A DNA stretch of 63,283 nucleotides, counting the filler, from Octopus bimaculoides (taxonomy: Eukaryota): NCBI RefSeq assembly GCF_001194135.2. It is 6 parts of 6 records of this genome, joined end to end, with 100 filler letters (N's around TTAATTAATTAA, not from the genome) between each part and the next. Parts side by side here need not be neighbours in the genome. Positions count along the whole stretch, not along the records: positions 1 to 22,688 come from NC_068983.1; positions 22,789 to 30,098 come from NC_068981.1; 4 more parts are not named here. One strand, given 5' to 3'. The position numbers were made by a program, and so were the translations under genes. Below are positions 11,035 through 23,189 of the stretch, one piece after another (position 1 is the stretch's first letter; each line of letters opens with the position of its first letter). Below the pieces are notes generated by a model. It did not search any database. It was not told the origin of the DNA and saw only the letters and a program-made list of their open reading frames with translations.

Positions 11035-14000
11035 NNNNNNNNNNNNNNNNNNNNNNNNNNNNNNNNNNNNNNNNNNNNNNNNNNNNNNNNNNNNNNNNNN
11101 NNNNNNNNNNNNNNNNNNNNNNNNNNNNNNNNNNNNNNNNNNNNNNNNNNNNNNNNNNNNNNNNNNNNNNNNNNNNNNNNNNNNNNNNNNNNNNNNNNNN
11201 NNNNNNNNNNNNNNNNNNNNNNNNNNNNNNNNNNNNNNNNNNNNNNNNNNNNNNNNNNNNNNNNNNNNNNNNNNNNNNNNNNNNNNNNNNNNNNNNNNNN
11301 NNNNNNNNNNNNNNNNNATACGTAATATGAGTGACTAATCAAATGTTCAAGTAATTCTATTTCTAATTCTAAAAGGAAAATTATATCTATATAGTGTTTG
11401 ACTTGTAATGATTTGGTAAGTGATTGGCGTATATGACTGTTGTTTTTTAATGACACCATCATGAATGTACACGAGTCCAAAGTGCTGTTATTGCTGTTGT
11501 GTAACTACAAATGAACCCTGACATATCATATTTCCTATCGCAAAAATACCACAAAACACGTTTATAAAAACGATATAACCTGTTACCTGTTAGTGGATTG
11601 TCATTTCATTTTGATAGAATCCCCGTGTTGATGCACACATGCTAGCTCGCTGCATCCAGCTTTTGTATGTTGTTTATTTAAAGATTGTATGTTTATTATT
11701 TAAAGGTTAGCCATTCTACACTTGCATAAGTGGATCTCAAGAATGAATAGCATTAAAGTACATTTACTTACTGAGATATCAATAAATACTTAAATCATGT
11801 CTTACCCTGAAATGAAAAGTATTGTTTATTCAAGTGTGTGTGTGCATGTGGACGTGTATGTATGTTTGTGCGTGTGTATGTGCATGTGTGTGTATGTGTG
11901 TCTGCGTGCAGGGGTAGACATTTACATGCACATACACACAAAAACCCGTTTATAAAATCAATTTTGTCTTCTTTGATTGAGAGTTTCCGATGTCGCCAGA
12001 ATTTAGATGTGTATGTGTTTCTGCATGTAAAAGTTCAATTATAGTTCGAGGATAGTTCTGATAAATCATAAGCTTTATCAGAATTATTTTACATGTGATA
12101 GTTTCCTGAGTAGGATATTCTTTTTATTCTGTCAGTTGCGTCTGAATAGTTGAGCATTTATTTCATAATTGAGCTCAATGCTAAGAATACCGTTTGTATT
12201 TTTAATCATGGTTTTATACACACCTCATTGTCTTGTGTTTTGATTTAAATCACGTTATTTTATGTTGATTTTGTGTTTAGTATTGTAAACCTATGACCTC
12301 AGAATCAATAGTTTATGATGTGCCAAGCTGTCAGAGGTCGAGTTTTGTTATCTCTAGATTCACGCTGAGTCATGACTACCAGCAACATATTTAACTCGCA
12401 GTGGACAAGTGGGCCTAATATTTAGTAGCTTGGCTAAATGTGCTGTTGTATGTCGCATTAGGGACACGAGTACATGCAACTGGGACAAATAAGAAAAGTT
12501 AGCTATAGAACACCATATTCAATAAGCTAAGCTCTGTAAATTAAAATTGCACCCTTAGAAATGAGAATAATATTAACTAATTAATCTTTGAAAATGGCAT
12601 GAAAAGACAACCCTGAAGTTTTACTAATAAAAACGAATTAATTCTGGTATGCATTTAAATTTTTCCACATAATTTGATGAAAAGTTAACAAATATTAGAA
12701 GTAAACACGAAATTATTCAGGAGAGGATTCAAATGACTGCTCATTTAGTATTTTATAACTTTTCGTTTTTTTCTACCTCTATAAATCTGAACGAACAATA
12801 ATTCTCTGTAGTTTTTTGTGAGTAAATAATAAATAAACATAAATTTTAATTTACTAGAATGACACACTTAATGATAATAATCATCTTCAAACTTTCTATT
12901 TCTGGTTGAAATTGCTTTGTCAGATGAATGCAATCTTTTTAATTAATTAAAAGTAAATAAATATACAATGTACTAAAAGTATCTCATTTAATTTTGTAAA
13001 AAGGTGACAAACATTAGCACAAAATCCGAAAATTTAATCAATTAAAATTGATTGGATTCGGAATGCAGTGAATCAGGTAAGACTGATCTTGAGTAGAACA
13101 GTGATAAAGAAACACTTCGTGCTGTGTTTGCAATGCTGATTTCAATTCTTCCTCAATTGGATATAAATTAATCAGACAGTAAACGGATAATTATATAAAA
13201 CACATCAATTAGATACGCTGTAATTAAAAAGTAACTTTTGTTTGTTTGTTGTTCTATTGGTGTTGGTATTGGTACGGTTTGTCTGTTCTGCTAGTTCCTG
13301 TTGTTGTTATTGCAGCAAGACAGATGGCGGCTGAGATGTCGGTCGATGGTTATAAATACGTTGCTTATTTTTGTGTCTCTATGTCCCCATCAAGTATTGG
13401 ACATTTAGCATGGAAAGGCCATAGAAGTTTTCTCCTTAGTTTCCCTCTTCACTCTGAATGCCTATTGTTACTTCTTTTTTTCTCTTGATTTCCTTGTACA
13501 AGAAGAAATATTATACTTGATACTTTTGCAGCAAGAAGGAGTTTGCGTTCTGTTTGTATATATGAGATTATGTGCATGTGTGTATGTACATGTATGTATG
13601 CTTGCGTGCGTATGTGAGTTTGCGTGTTTCTGTTTTGCAGGACGAGTTCAGTGCTGCTAAACAACAATTTCAGCTGTTGTTGTTTTTGTTGAATCATCGT
13701 GAATTTTTCGTTGCAGTTACTGCTGTTGCCATTCTTACTGGTCCTGTCGCTGTTTTAGCTTCAGTAGCTGCTGCTCTTGCATTTACTTTACATGTTTTTG
13801 CTGCTGATTCTATTCGGTTTGTTGTTTTTGTTGCTGTTTCTCTGATTTTTTTTCTGTCTGAAGCAACGCGTGCCTTCTTTTACTCCTGAAACAGGTAAAA
13901 GACAATTATATGGTCGTTTACAACACATTTGCTGCACCGAGCAGTCATTCCAATCTTACAGACAGTTGAGGGGTACCTTAAACCATCTCATAATATGCTG

Positions 14001-15404
14001 GGATCACGCGTTCTTTTACAAATAGTTCTTTTGGTGCGCTTCCTTTTCCTCTGGAAATATGTTCTTAATATACGCAGCCATCAGGTCGCTGCTACCAGCA
14101 ACCAGATATTTTTCTCTGCCAGTATATCCATTATCGCATCTTGGTAGACCACATCGGATGCGATAAGTATAAATTCCTTAAATTGGCAACCCATGTAAAT
14201 TAATTCAGGATAGACTGAGGTTTGTGATAGAAAGACTCTTAAATAGGAATCTCACATCCATCACATCAAGCCTGCTACGAGTAACAAACCCTTTTTATTG
14301 CTAGGTGCTTCAGCACTTGTATTCTACCCCTCATACCGTGCATTTTGTGAAAATTTAACGCGGAAGGGATACGACAAAGTCGATCACCTTGTTTTCCTTT
14401 TGTACAAACCCATTGATGCCTCTAAATATTACACCCTTTCTAATTATAAATGACACCTGCCACTTGCTGCCTTATTAAAATCTCTCGTTTGCTTCCGGTG
14501 ATTATTAGACTGCTACACAGGAAATAGTCTTAGTTGTGATAGCGTTGATTGGTATTGTATTTTCCTATACGCTAGTGACGGCGTAGTGGTGGTGCTGGAA
14601 GTGGTAGTGGTGGGGAGCTGGAAGTAGTGGTGGTGTTGCTTATCGGGTTTTATGTTACTATTTTTGGATTAGGTTGATGTCGGCGTTGCTATATTTTTGT
14701 GGCTGCATATGTTTGTTTTTAGTATTAAAGCCTCCCTTTCCTAGATGGGCGTCTTGAACACAAAGAACAGCTGTCAGCTAAGGGGGAACCATCCAAAGGA
14801 AATCTGTCCTTCGCTGCTATGTACTTGGCCAACAGTCAAATTCCCCACCATTTTCATATATATTTTACAATGGATATATTTTCTTGTTGGATATAGTGAC
14901 CAAGCGGACTAGAGAGACAAAAGAACCTGTTTTTTATTCTTGCTGTCATGTTTGAATTTGCAAGTAAGCTAAAAACAAAACGTCAGAAAATCAATATGAG
15001 GACCAACTATCGAGAAATATTCTATGAATTTACGGAACGACGTAAATCATGCCTTATTCAGAAAGAAAAGTGAACAGCAACAGCAGCAGCAGTAACAATA
15101 ACATGAAAAAACAACAATGATAACAACCACTAAACAACATTTCATCCTTCACTTTGTTTCTCTGCTAACAGTCGTTAGTAATCCTATTAGATACATTAAG
15201 TGGAGAGCAGAAGTATATATCAGACGTAGGTGGCAGCTTAGAAATATCCCAAGATACTCCCATCACTCACTCTTATCCTGTCAAGCAAAACTTGCAAATG
15301 CCTTTGAAGATGCTAGAAAACAACAGAACGAGGATAATCTGTGTGAAGATGTATACTCAAAGGTTAATGATTTAGAAGAAGATTGCTATGGTGATAGAGT
15401 AAAT

Positions 15405-15600
15405 GATGGTGATGATGATTATTGTGGTGAGGATGATTGGGACAAAGATGATGATTGTGTTGAGGATGATGTAGATGATGATGATGATGATGATAATGAT
15501 GATGATGATGATGATGATGATAATGATGATGATGATGATGCTAATGAGGAGGAGGAGGAAGAGGGAGGGAGGAGAGGAGGCGGATGGTGATGTTGATGAA
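15405..15600. repeat. (GAT)n/(GAG)n compound microsatellite
   Basis: Directly visible; explains the acidic ORF at 15117-15590. Confidence 0.9.
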
Positions 15601-15996
15601 GTGTAAAAGAAGCAACAAATAGGCGGGAATTAAAAGGGTGGGGGAGGAAAAATGGAGGTGAGGTAGAAGTGGAGGGTGATAAGAACGAAATACCAAAAGC
15701 AAAAGTGACCACAACAATAGCAAGCGTTGGGAAAACTTGGAGAAAATCTGACAAGCATTTATTGCATTATTATAAAAGAAAAACAATAATAATTGTAATC
15801 ATAATTCTTTGAACCGCCTCTGCAAAACCGTCATGGTAATGCTTGTGATGCTCCTGATGATTGTCTTCATCATCATTCACAGTTGCAGTAATAATCATTT
15901 TCATGGAAGATAATCTTGTAAAGGAAACGAATAACTTGCATTATTTTTCGACTATTCTATATATGTATATATATATATATATATGTATATATACCG

Positions 15997-16048
<52 letters not shown>

Positions 16049-16064
16049 ACCGCTAAATCCAGAA

Positions 16065-16232
16065 GTTTTTTTTTTATTCTCTCTATGTTTATTTCCTCGT
16101 ATTCCTTTTTGTTGAAGAGCATAGGCTCGAAACGTAAAAGATTTTCTCACCTTCCCGAGCGTCAAACTAACACACCTGTTTGTTGTTTGTACATTTGTCT
16201 TCGTCTTTTGTTTTTCTCTAAATTTCAACTAT
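16065..16232 (+). mobile_element. Short TA-tailed Penelope-like repeat (family H2 carrier)
   Basis: Closely similar to 23190-23362 (gaagagcataggctcga, ttcccga.cgtcaaact, cttgtcttcgt, aaattt.aactatatata). Confidence 0.65.
16105..16140 (+). ncRNA. Minimal hammerhead-like motif (family H2), core mutated
   Basis: CTTT-TTGTTGA-A-GAGC-ATAG-GCTC-GAAA-CG-TA-AAAG. Stems I (CTTT/AAAG) and II (GAGC/GCTC) are perfect; core is TTGTTGA instead of CTGANGA. Confidence 0.45.
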
Positions 16233-16524
16233 ATATATATTTATCCGTAAACACATGCATTTGTATATCTACGTATTGTAGTATATGTACACAAATATTA
16301 AAAGTAAAAACAAGAGGAACTCAATAAAATGAAGCAGGGATAAATCAATTTCGAAGAAAAAAAGATCTACTTCTTTCATAGTGTATCTTTTTTTTTTCTG
16401 AACTGGTAAATCAGAACATGCGATCATAGAAATACAGAAGCAATCACACATTTTAATTTCGATACACTTTTCCTATGTTATTTTCTTAGGGTAGATATAA
16501 ATATTTTCATTATTAATCATGAGC

Positions 16525-17600
16525 TTCAGGCAGTCAGAATTGTTAGTATGCCGGGCGAAATGCTTAGCGGCATTTAGTCCGTACTTACGATCTGAGTTCA
16601 AATTCCGCCGAAATCGACTGCGACTTTCATCCTTTTGGGGGTCTATAATGTAAGTACCAGTTACCTATTGGTGGATGTAACCGATTATTCCTTTACCTTT
16701 CAGTTTCAGGCCGTGTGACTATTGTAGAAAGGATTATCAATAGTGAGCTAAATGCAATGAACTGACAGAATCATTAGCACGCTGGGTGAAAGGTCATTAC
16801 ACCGAGGTCGACTTTGCCGTTTATCCTTTCGAAGTCGATAAAATAAGTACCTGTCGAGCACTGGGATCGATTTGATCAATTTACACCTCCCCTAAAATTT
16901 TCAGGCCTTGTGCCGATAACAGTAAGAATTATTAATTGTAAACTTTATGCGGCGATCTGGCAGAATAGTTAGTACACCGGTCGAAATGCTTAGTGACATT
17001 TTGTCCGGTGCTCTGAGTTCAAATTCCGCATTGATCAACTATACCTTTCATTCTTTCGTACTTGATAAAATAAGTACCAGTTGTGCACGAGAGTCGATGT
17101 AATCGACTTACGCCTCCCTTTAACTTGCTGACCTTGGATCAAAATTTGAAATTAATATTAATTGTATGCTTCAGACCTCGATCGGGCAAAGTTGTTACAG
17201 CACCCTGAAGAATGCTCAGTGGCATCTCTTCCGACTATACGTTCTGAGTCAATTTTGTATTTCATGCCTCGGGATTCATAAAATACATAGCAGTTGACCA
17301 CTGGGGTCGATGAAATCGCCTTACCCATTTCCTGGAAATTGCTGGCCTTGTATGAAACCTTGAAAACATTATTAACTGTAAACTTTGTAAGGCGGTGAGC
17401 TGACAGAACTGTTAACAAGCCAGGTAAAATGCTCAGTCTTTACATTCTTAGATCAAATTTCACCGTGGTCGACCTTGTTTTTCATCATTTACGGTTGCTA
17501 AAAGAAGTATCAGTCAAGTACTAGGGTCAAAATAACTGGTATTCTCTTCCCTTCAGAAACTGCTGGCTCTGTACCAACATTTGAAGCCTATATTAATTGC
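16525..17600 (+). mobile_element. Head-to-tail array of five diverged SINE family A copies
   Basis: Units start near 16525, 16745, 16948, 17165 and 17389, each with gtcga/aagta.cag/ggcc.tgtg motifs and a short TATT-type tail. Confidence 0.8.
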
Positions 17601-19149
17601 AAGATATAGATCACGACCAGTAGTTCAAAACTCAATTGTCTTTTCTTCTTATTTCGTAAATCATAAACTATTTTTTCTTATACAGAGACTCATATTAGTG
17701 CTGGCTTATAATATAACTCATTTCAAGATTTTAGTCACTAAATTATAATGCAAAGAACTTTTAGCATTACTAGTTAGAATTAATTTCGTTTAAACTCAAT
17801 TGTTTTAAGTGAAATGTTGCTATAGCATAAGTAGCATTTTATGCGAATTTATTTAAAATTAATGCATTTGATAGACATTTAATTCTTATAAGGTATATTC
17901 TATATATTCAAAATAAGGTATATTCTATATTCAAAATTTAAATGGAAGTATAAAATATAATGCTCTCACACGCATACATGTATGTATGAATATCACACAT
18001 ATTCGCATACATGTATCTCTAATTTACTCCCCCACTCTCTCTTTCGCCCCCTCTCTCTCATTCACTCCCCCTCTCTCTCTGAATTCCTATACATATTATA
18101 TGTGTGCATGTGTATGCGTGTGTGTGTATATGTATGCATGTATGTATGTATGTATGCATGTATGTATATATATACACACACACACATATATAATGTAGCA
18201 AATGAAAAGCGATCCGTGATTCTTGACAGTGACCTTAGTCAAAACTCTGGTCAATGGAAACCCAAGATAAAATCCAGCACATTTCCTTCAGTCACGCTGT
18301 ATGACATATGAAGTTAATGACCGGAGGTGTTGATATTACATTTATTTGTATTAACAGCTGTTTCGACGTCATATGTGGCAAAAAAAATCTGTTAACATGC
18401 TAGAAAATGTATATCTAAATAATGTTACGTTGATCATATAACGCTGATTATATAGTGTTATACTGACTATATACTGTAATGTTAACGATCAATTCATTAG
18501 GACCCTAAGGGAAAAATTAATAGCTTGGATTAATTCAGCAATATATAGATGCACACTATTTAGTGGAAGTGTTGATATTATTACAGAAGGCAGTTCTCTT
18601 AGAAATGCAAATAAAAGATGACAGTTTTAGTGTATCAATTGACAAGATCATTTCATTGGTTTGATTTGTTTATTAGTTTGTACATTCAGAGTTATCAGGT
18701 CGAGACGGTAAAACATTAAAACTGTCTCTCAGACTGCAGTGACATATGTGATACGATCATGGGATAGGTACGATAATATCTGAATTATTTTAGTGGTATA
18801 TTATGAGATCTATGGGAGCTCATATCAAGGGATATATATTTATGCTTTTATCCATAAATATATGAATATGAGACCAATGTCCCATATATTAACAAAATTT
18901 ATTGTCTGTTTAGGAGACACATATAATGTTCCTACAATTTGTATTTACTTCAAAGGAAACCGACTCGCATATTCTTTTGAAATTATATATTATGAAATGT
19001 TATCACATTCTGAGTGTGCAGCGTATATTTAATGTTTTATTGTTTGGTGATGATTTGGTTGATAATGTGTTGTGTGTGCTATACTGCTTATTTAGTGCCT
19101 ATTATGAATGTTTTATTCATAAATGTGATGCTAATTTGTCGTGTAATTA

Positions 19150-19370
19150 AGGTGGAAGATTCTTAGGCAGAATAAGACGTATGTCAGACGGGTACATAAT
19201 CCACCCGAAGGGAAACTTATCAAACAAACAATAGTATAAAACGATGGCAATGTACCACCAGAAAAAAAGCATGAGTGACACGGCAGAAACCTGAAAATGT
19301 ATCTCAGGTCCATCTGGAACACCAAAACGGATGTCGGTATGGGTAAAAATTACAGCTCGGGAGAGGTGAC
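19150..19370 (+). mobile_element. Possible RTE-clade LINE C-terminal remnant
   Basis: Translation RFLGRIRRMSDG resembles the RTE-type RWLGHVxRM motif; otherwise very degraded. Confidence 0.35.
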
Positions 19371-19374
19371 ATTC

Positions 19375-20052
19375 CAAACATATGATGCTAAAAGAAATAC
19401 TCTAAAACAAAACAGCACATAGGATTGATGCCTTCTTCTTGATGCCTTCTCATACTATCCACAAGGCCCCAGTTGTAATTGGCACTGTCTTTCACATACT
19501 TCGTTAACCATAGCCGGGCTATTTCTTACTTAAAAGGGTTGAATTTATCTATTTTGGCGCCTTCCTACTTAAGTATTCGTGGATCAATGGGACACGCAAC
19601 CTCAACTATATAGCACATGTGGTGCATATTGTCGATCACCACTAGGTGATCTGTTATGCTTTAGCATATGATCTGTTTGGATTGGGAAATCCCAGAGGAT
19701 TTGGCTTGTCGCCGACTTTTCCACTCTCGGCGGTTTGTGCTAATAAAACGTCTTTCCTATCTCTTGCCTTCCCTTTCTGCACAGTTTCCAATGTAGCTCT
19801 TTCACTAGCTGATCGTGTCGCCGCATCTTGTAATGGCTTTGGAAAAGTCTAGGGCATTCTTTCGTAATATGGCAATATTCAAACACTCTATAACAGAGGC
19901 GGGGCACATCGGAGACAGTTGCTCATTCCAAAGGTTGAACCTCTAGTTTGTGGCCAGAGCTTGTTCTGGCGCTGCCAGTATAGTGTTCTCGGTCTCTTCT
20001 TTTAGTGTTCCTGTCTGCAACCAATCTCAACTATGTTTTCCAGCTACTTTTG

Positions 20053-20053
<1 letters not shown>
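19375..20053 (-). mobile_element. R4/Dong-like CCHC + RLE fragment
   Basis: Minus strand: DWLQTGTLKEETENTILAAPEQALATN, RHDQLVKELHWKLC, ILWDFPIQTDH, YIVEVACPID. Confidence 0.75.

Positions 20054-20130
<77 letters not shown>
20054..20130. repeat. (AAT)n microsatellite between two divergently oriented R4/Dong fragments
   Basis: Directly visible. Confidence 0.95.
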
Positions 20131-20131
<1 letters not shown>

Positions 20132-21000
20132 GTACAGAAGGTGGTAGGGGTCTTATACAGCTGGAAAACTATTATAAAATAACCACTATAGGACTGCAAA
20201 AATACCTACTTCAGAAAGCAAGGAAAATTAATACAAATAGCCACAAAACACGAGCAAAACAAAAAACTGTTTTCACTATTTAAGGAAGATGACAAATGCA
20301 AACAAGAAATCATACTACCTAATAAATACGAAGAAGGAGAGGAGGAGGAGGGGGAACTAAAACTAGAACAGCAGAGGACCATGATAAAACGATGGCAAGA
20401 AAAGCCCCTACATGGTAAATACTGGGCTAAACTAAATGCAAAAGAAATAGACAGAGAAAAATCCCAGCAATGGTTGAGAAGCTCAGGACTCAAAGCAGAG
20501 ACTGAAGGATTTTTAATTGCTGCACAAGACCAAAGTCTCCCCACCAGAAATTACCAAAAACATATAATGAAAAAAAACATAACACGTAACTGCACAATAT
20601 GTGGCGATGGACAAGAAACAATAAATCATATTATCTCTGGCTACCCAGTGCTGGCTAAGAAGAAATATATTCACAGATACGACAGAGCTGGGACCTATAT
20701 ACACTGGAAGCTATGCCAACACTATGGAATAACAACAGAATAAAGATGGTATAAACACACGCCAGAAAAGGTCACAGAAAACGAGAAAGCAACCATACTC
20801 TGGGATATGCCAATACACACAGATAGAGAAATTAAGGCCAATAGACCAGATATAGTTGTCAAAGATCATGAAGAAAAAAATGCTTTCTAATTGATGTATC
20901 AATACCAGCAGATGACAACGTTTCCCTAAAAGAAATGGAGAAACGTATAAAATACAAAGACCTGGAAATAACGGTAACTCGAATGTGCAATCTAAAACTA
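20131..21000 (+). mobile_element. R4/Dong-like fragment (post-RT region, CCHC finger, RLE)
   Basis: RTEGGRGLIQLE; ORF 20381-20743 LHGKY...LKAETEGFLIAAQDQSLPTRNY...CTIC...ETINHIISG; then ILWDMPIHTDREIKANRPDIVV...LIDVSIPAD...EK..KYKDL. Confidence 0.85.
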
Positions 21001-22112
21001 TAGAAGAAGGCGCTATAGAAAACGAATTTTAACACTTTGGGGAGAGAAGGGTATGTTTAAAGTGACTGAGCAGATATTAGGAGATCAAGCCTATCCTATT
21101 CGGAGAAGAAAGTGGATGACAGAATTGGAGGTAGAAGAGAGCACAAGATAACTGGAAAAGAAAGACCAGGCAGTAGAAAAGACAAGCAGCAACATAAGAG
21201 ATACAGTTCAAGCCAAAGAAGAAACTAAAAGAAAAAAAATAATGATAGCAGAAAAAAACAGAAGAAGATCATAAATTGTCTGATTGGCAGGAGAATGTGT
21301 TGCATGGAAGATTTCCAAAGATAGTTGCAGCAAATAGTAGCAGTGAGACATGGTTATGTTTACAGAAACGAAATTTGAAAACGGTGACAGAAAGTATGTT
21401 AGTAAGTAGCTGCGTAAGATCAAGCATTAAGGACTAATTGAATAAAAGCCAAGATAGACAAACACCAAGTAGATTCCCAATGTAGGTTATGCAAATCAAC
21501 AGAGGAAAACTTTACTGTTATATTATAAGTGAATGTAGCATGCTGGCACAGAAAGAATACAAAAGACAGAACGACGTAGGGAGAGTAATCCACTTGGATT
21601 TATATAGAGAGCTAGTATATTTATGTATAAAAGCATAAATAAAGATCCCTTGTTATGTTCTCCCATATATCTCATTATATACTGATAAATGGTACGCACA
21701 TGAAACTAGTAAAGTACTAGAAAGTAAGAAATATAAGATATTGTGGGACGTTAACATTCAGTCTGACAGATCAATAGAAGCGAGAAGGCGTGATTTAGTA
21801 GTAATAGCTAAAGAGAATAGAAAATGCCAGCGAATTCACTTTACAATCCCAAATGATGAAAAAATCAATGTTAGAAGTCTAGAAAAAATGACAAAGTACC
21901 ACGACCATTGAATTACAAAAACGATGTAATACGTGACCTGGGAACTATACCTAAAGATTTGAAATCGGCATAAAACCCAGTTCCGTACAGCTCCGGGAAA
22001 CAGTGTTATTAGGAATAGCTAGGATACTAAGGAAAGTTCTTGGTATCTAAGACTACTAGTTGTAGCCCGCTGTTCTCTTCGAACAATTTAATTTTTCTAG
22101 AGTACATGAACA
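21001..22112 (+). mobile_element. Second R4/Dong-like 3' fragment with stop codon, short 3' UTR and (TAC)n(TAA)n tail
   Basis: KAKIDK..DSQCRLCK, ISECSMLAQKEYK, KILWDVNIQSDRSIEARRRDLVV, ETVLLGIARILRKVLGI* (stop at 22048-22050). Confidence 0.75.
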
Positions 22113-22211
<99 letters not shown>

Positions 22212-22230
22212 TTATGATGATGATGATGGA

Positions 22231-22268
<38 letters not shown>

Positions 22269-22321
22269 TAATAATAATAATAATAATAATAACAATAACA
22301 ATAATAATGATAATAATAATA

Positions 22322-22392
<71 letters not shown>

Positions 22393-22512
22393 CCCCTCTA
22401 CTAGATGCATAAGGCCTATAGTACGTCGACTCCAGCATTTTACTGGAACTATTCCATGCCGTGTGTTCATACTAGAAAGGACTATTATTATCATTATTGC
22501 TGCTGTTGTTCA

Positions 22513-22600
<88 letters not shown>

Positions 22601-22688
22601 GTCATCATCACCATTATTGTTGTTGTTATTGTTGTTTTTGTTATTATTATTATTTGTTGTTGTTGTTGTTATTATTATTATTATTATT
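22113..22688. repeat. Compound (TAC/TAA/TGA)n tract, 120-bp spacer with SINE-A-like 3' end, then (ATT/GTT)n tract
   Basis: Directly visible; the spacer contains tactagaaaggactattatt, like SINE-A ends. Confidence 0.9.
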
Positions 22689-22732
22689 NNNNNNNNNNNN
22701 NNNNNNNNNNNNNNNNNNNNNNNNNNNNNNNN

Positions 22733-22744
22733 TTAATTAATTAA
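22733..22744. other. Artificial six-frame stop linker in a 100-bp gap (44N + TTAATTAATTAA + 44N)
   Basis: Identical geometry at 30143, 45341, 51411 and 61286. Confidence 0.9.
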
Positions 22745-22788
22745 NNNNNNNNNNNNNNNNNNNNNNNNNNNNNNNNNNNNNNNNNNNN

Positions 22789-22821
<33 letters not shown>

Positions 22822-23016
22822 CATGCATATATACAGATGTACATGCATACATGCATACATGCATTCATGCATACATATATACATACATGCATACATACAT
22901 AATACATACATGCATACATACAAACATGTATACATACTCACATGCATGCATACATGCATGCATACATACATGCATGCATGCATGCATCCATCCATCCATA
23001 CATACACACATGCATA

Positions 23017-23055
23017 CTGCCAACGCAGGAAACTCTCGGCCTTTGAGTCACTCTG
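23017..23055 (+). ncRNA. Partial hammerhead (family H3): stems II, III and 3' strand of stem I; 5' core eroded
   Basis: CTGC-CAAC-GCAG-GAAA-CTC-TCGGCCTTT-GAG-TC-ACTCTG; homologous to 58426-58477. Confidence 0.6.
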
Positions 23056-23189
23056 TTACTTCCGATACAGATATATAAATATATAGATACACTCATATTT
23101 TCAGTACTATTTTTCCTGTTTGCATCAACATATCCTCATATATACATATTCGCCATGTTGGACCATTGAACTCAACACATTTTTTTTCA

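Noticed and set aside
13572-13889. Hydrophobic 105-aa ORF resembling a membrane protein
   Set aside because: It starts in a TG microsatellite, and its hydrophobicity follows from GT/T-rich low complexity.
15117-15590. 157-aa ORF with an acidic tail
   Set aside because: The tail is (GAT)n/(GAG)n repeat; the remainder has no recognisable motif or convincing splice sites.
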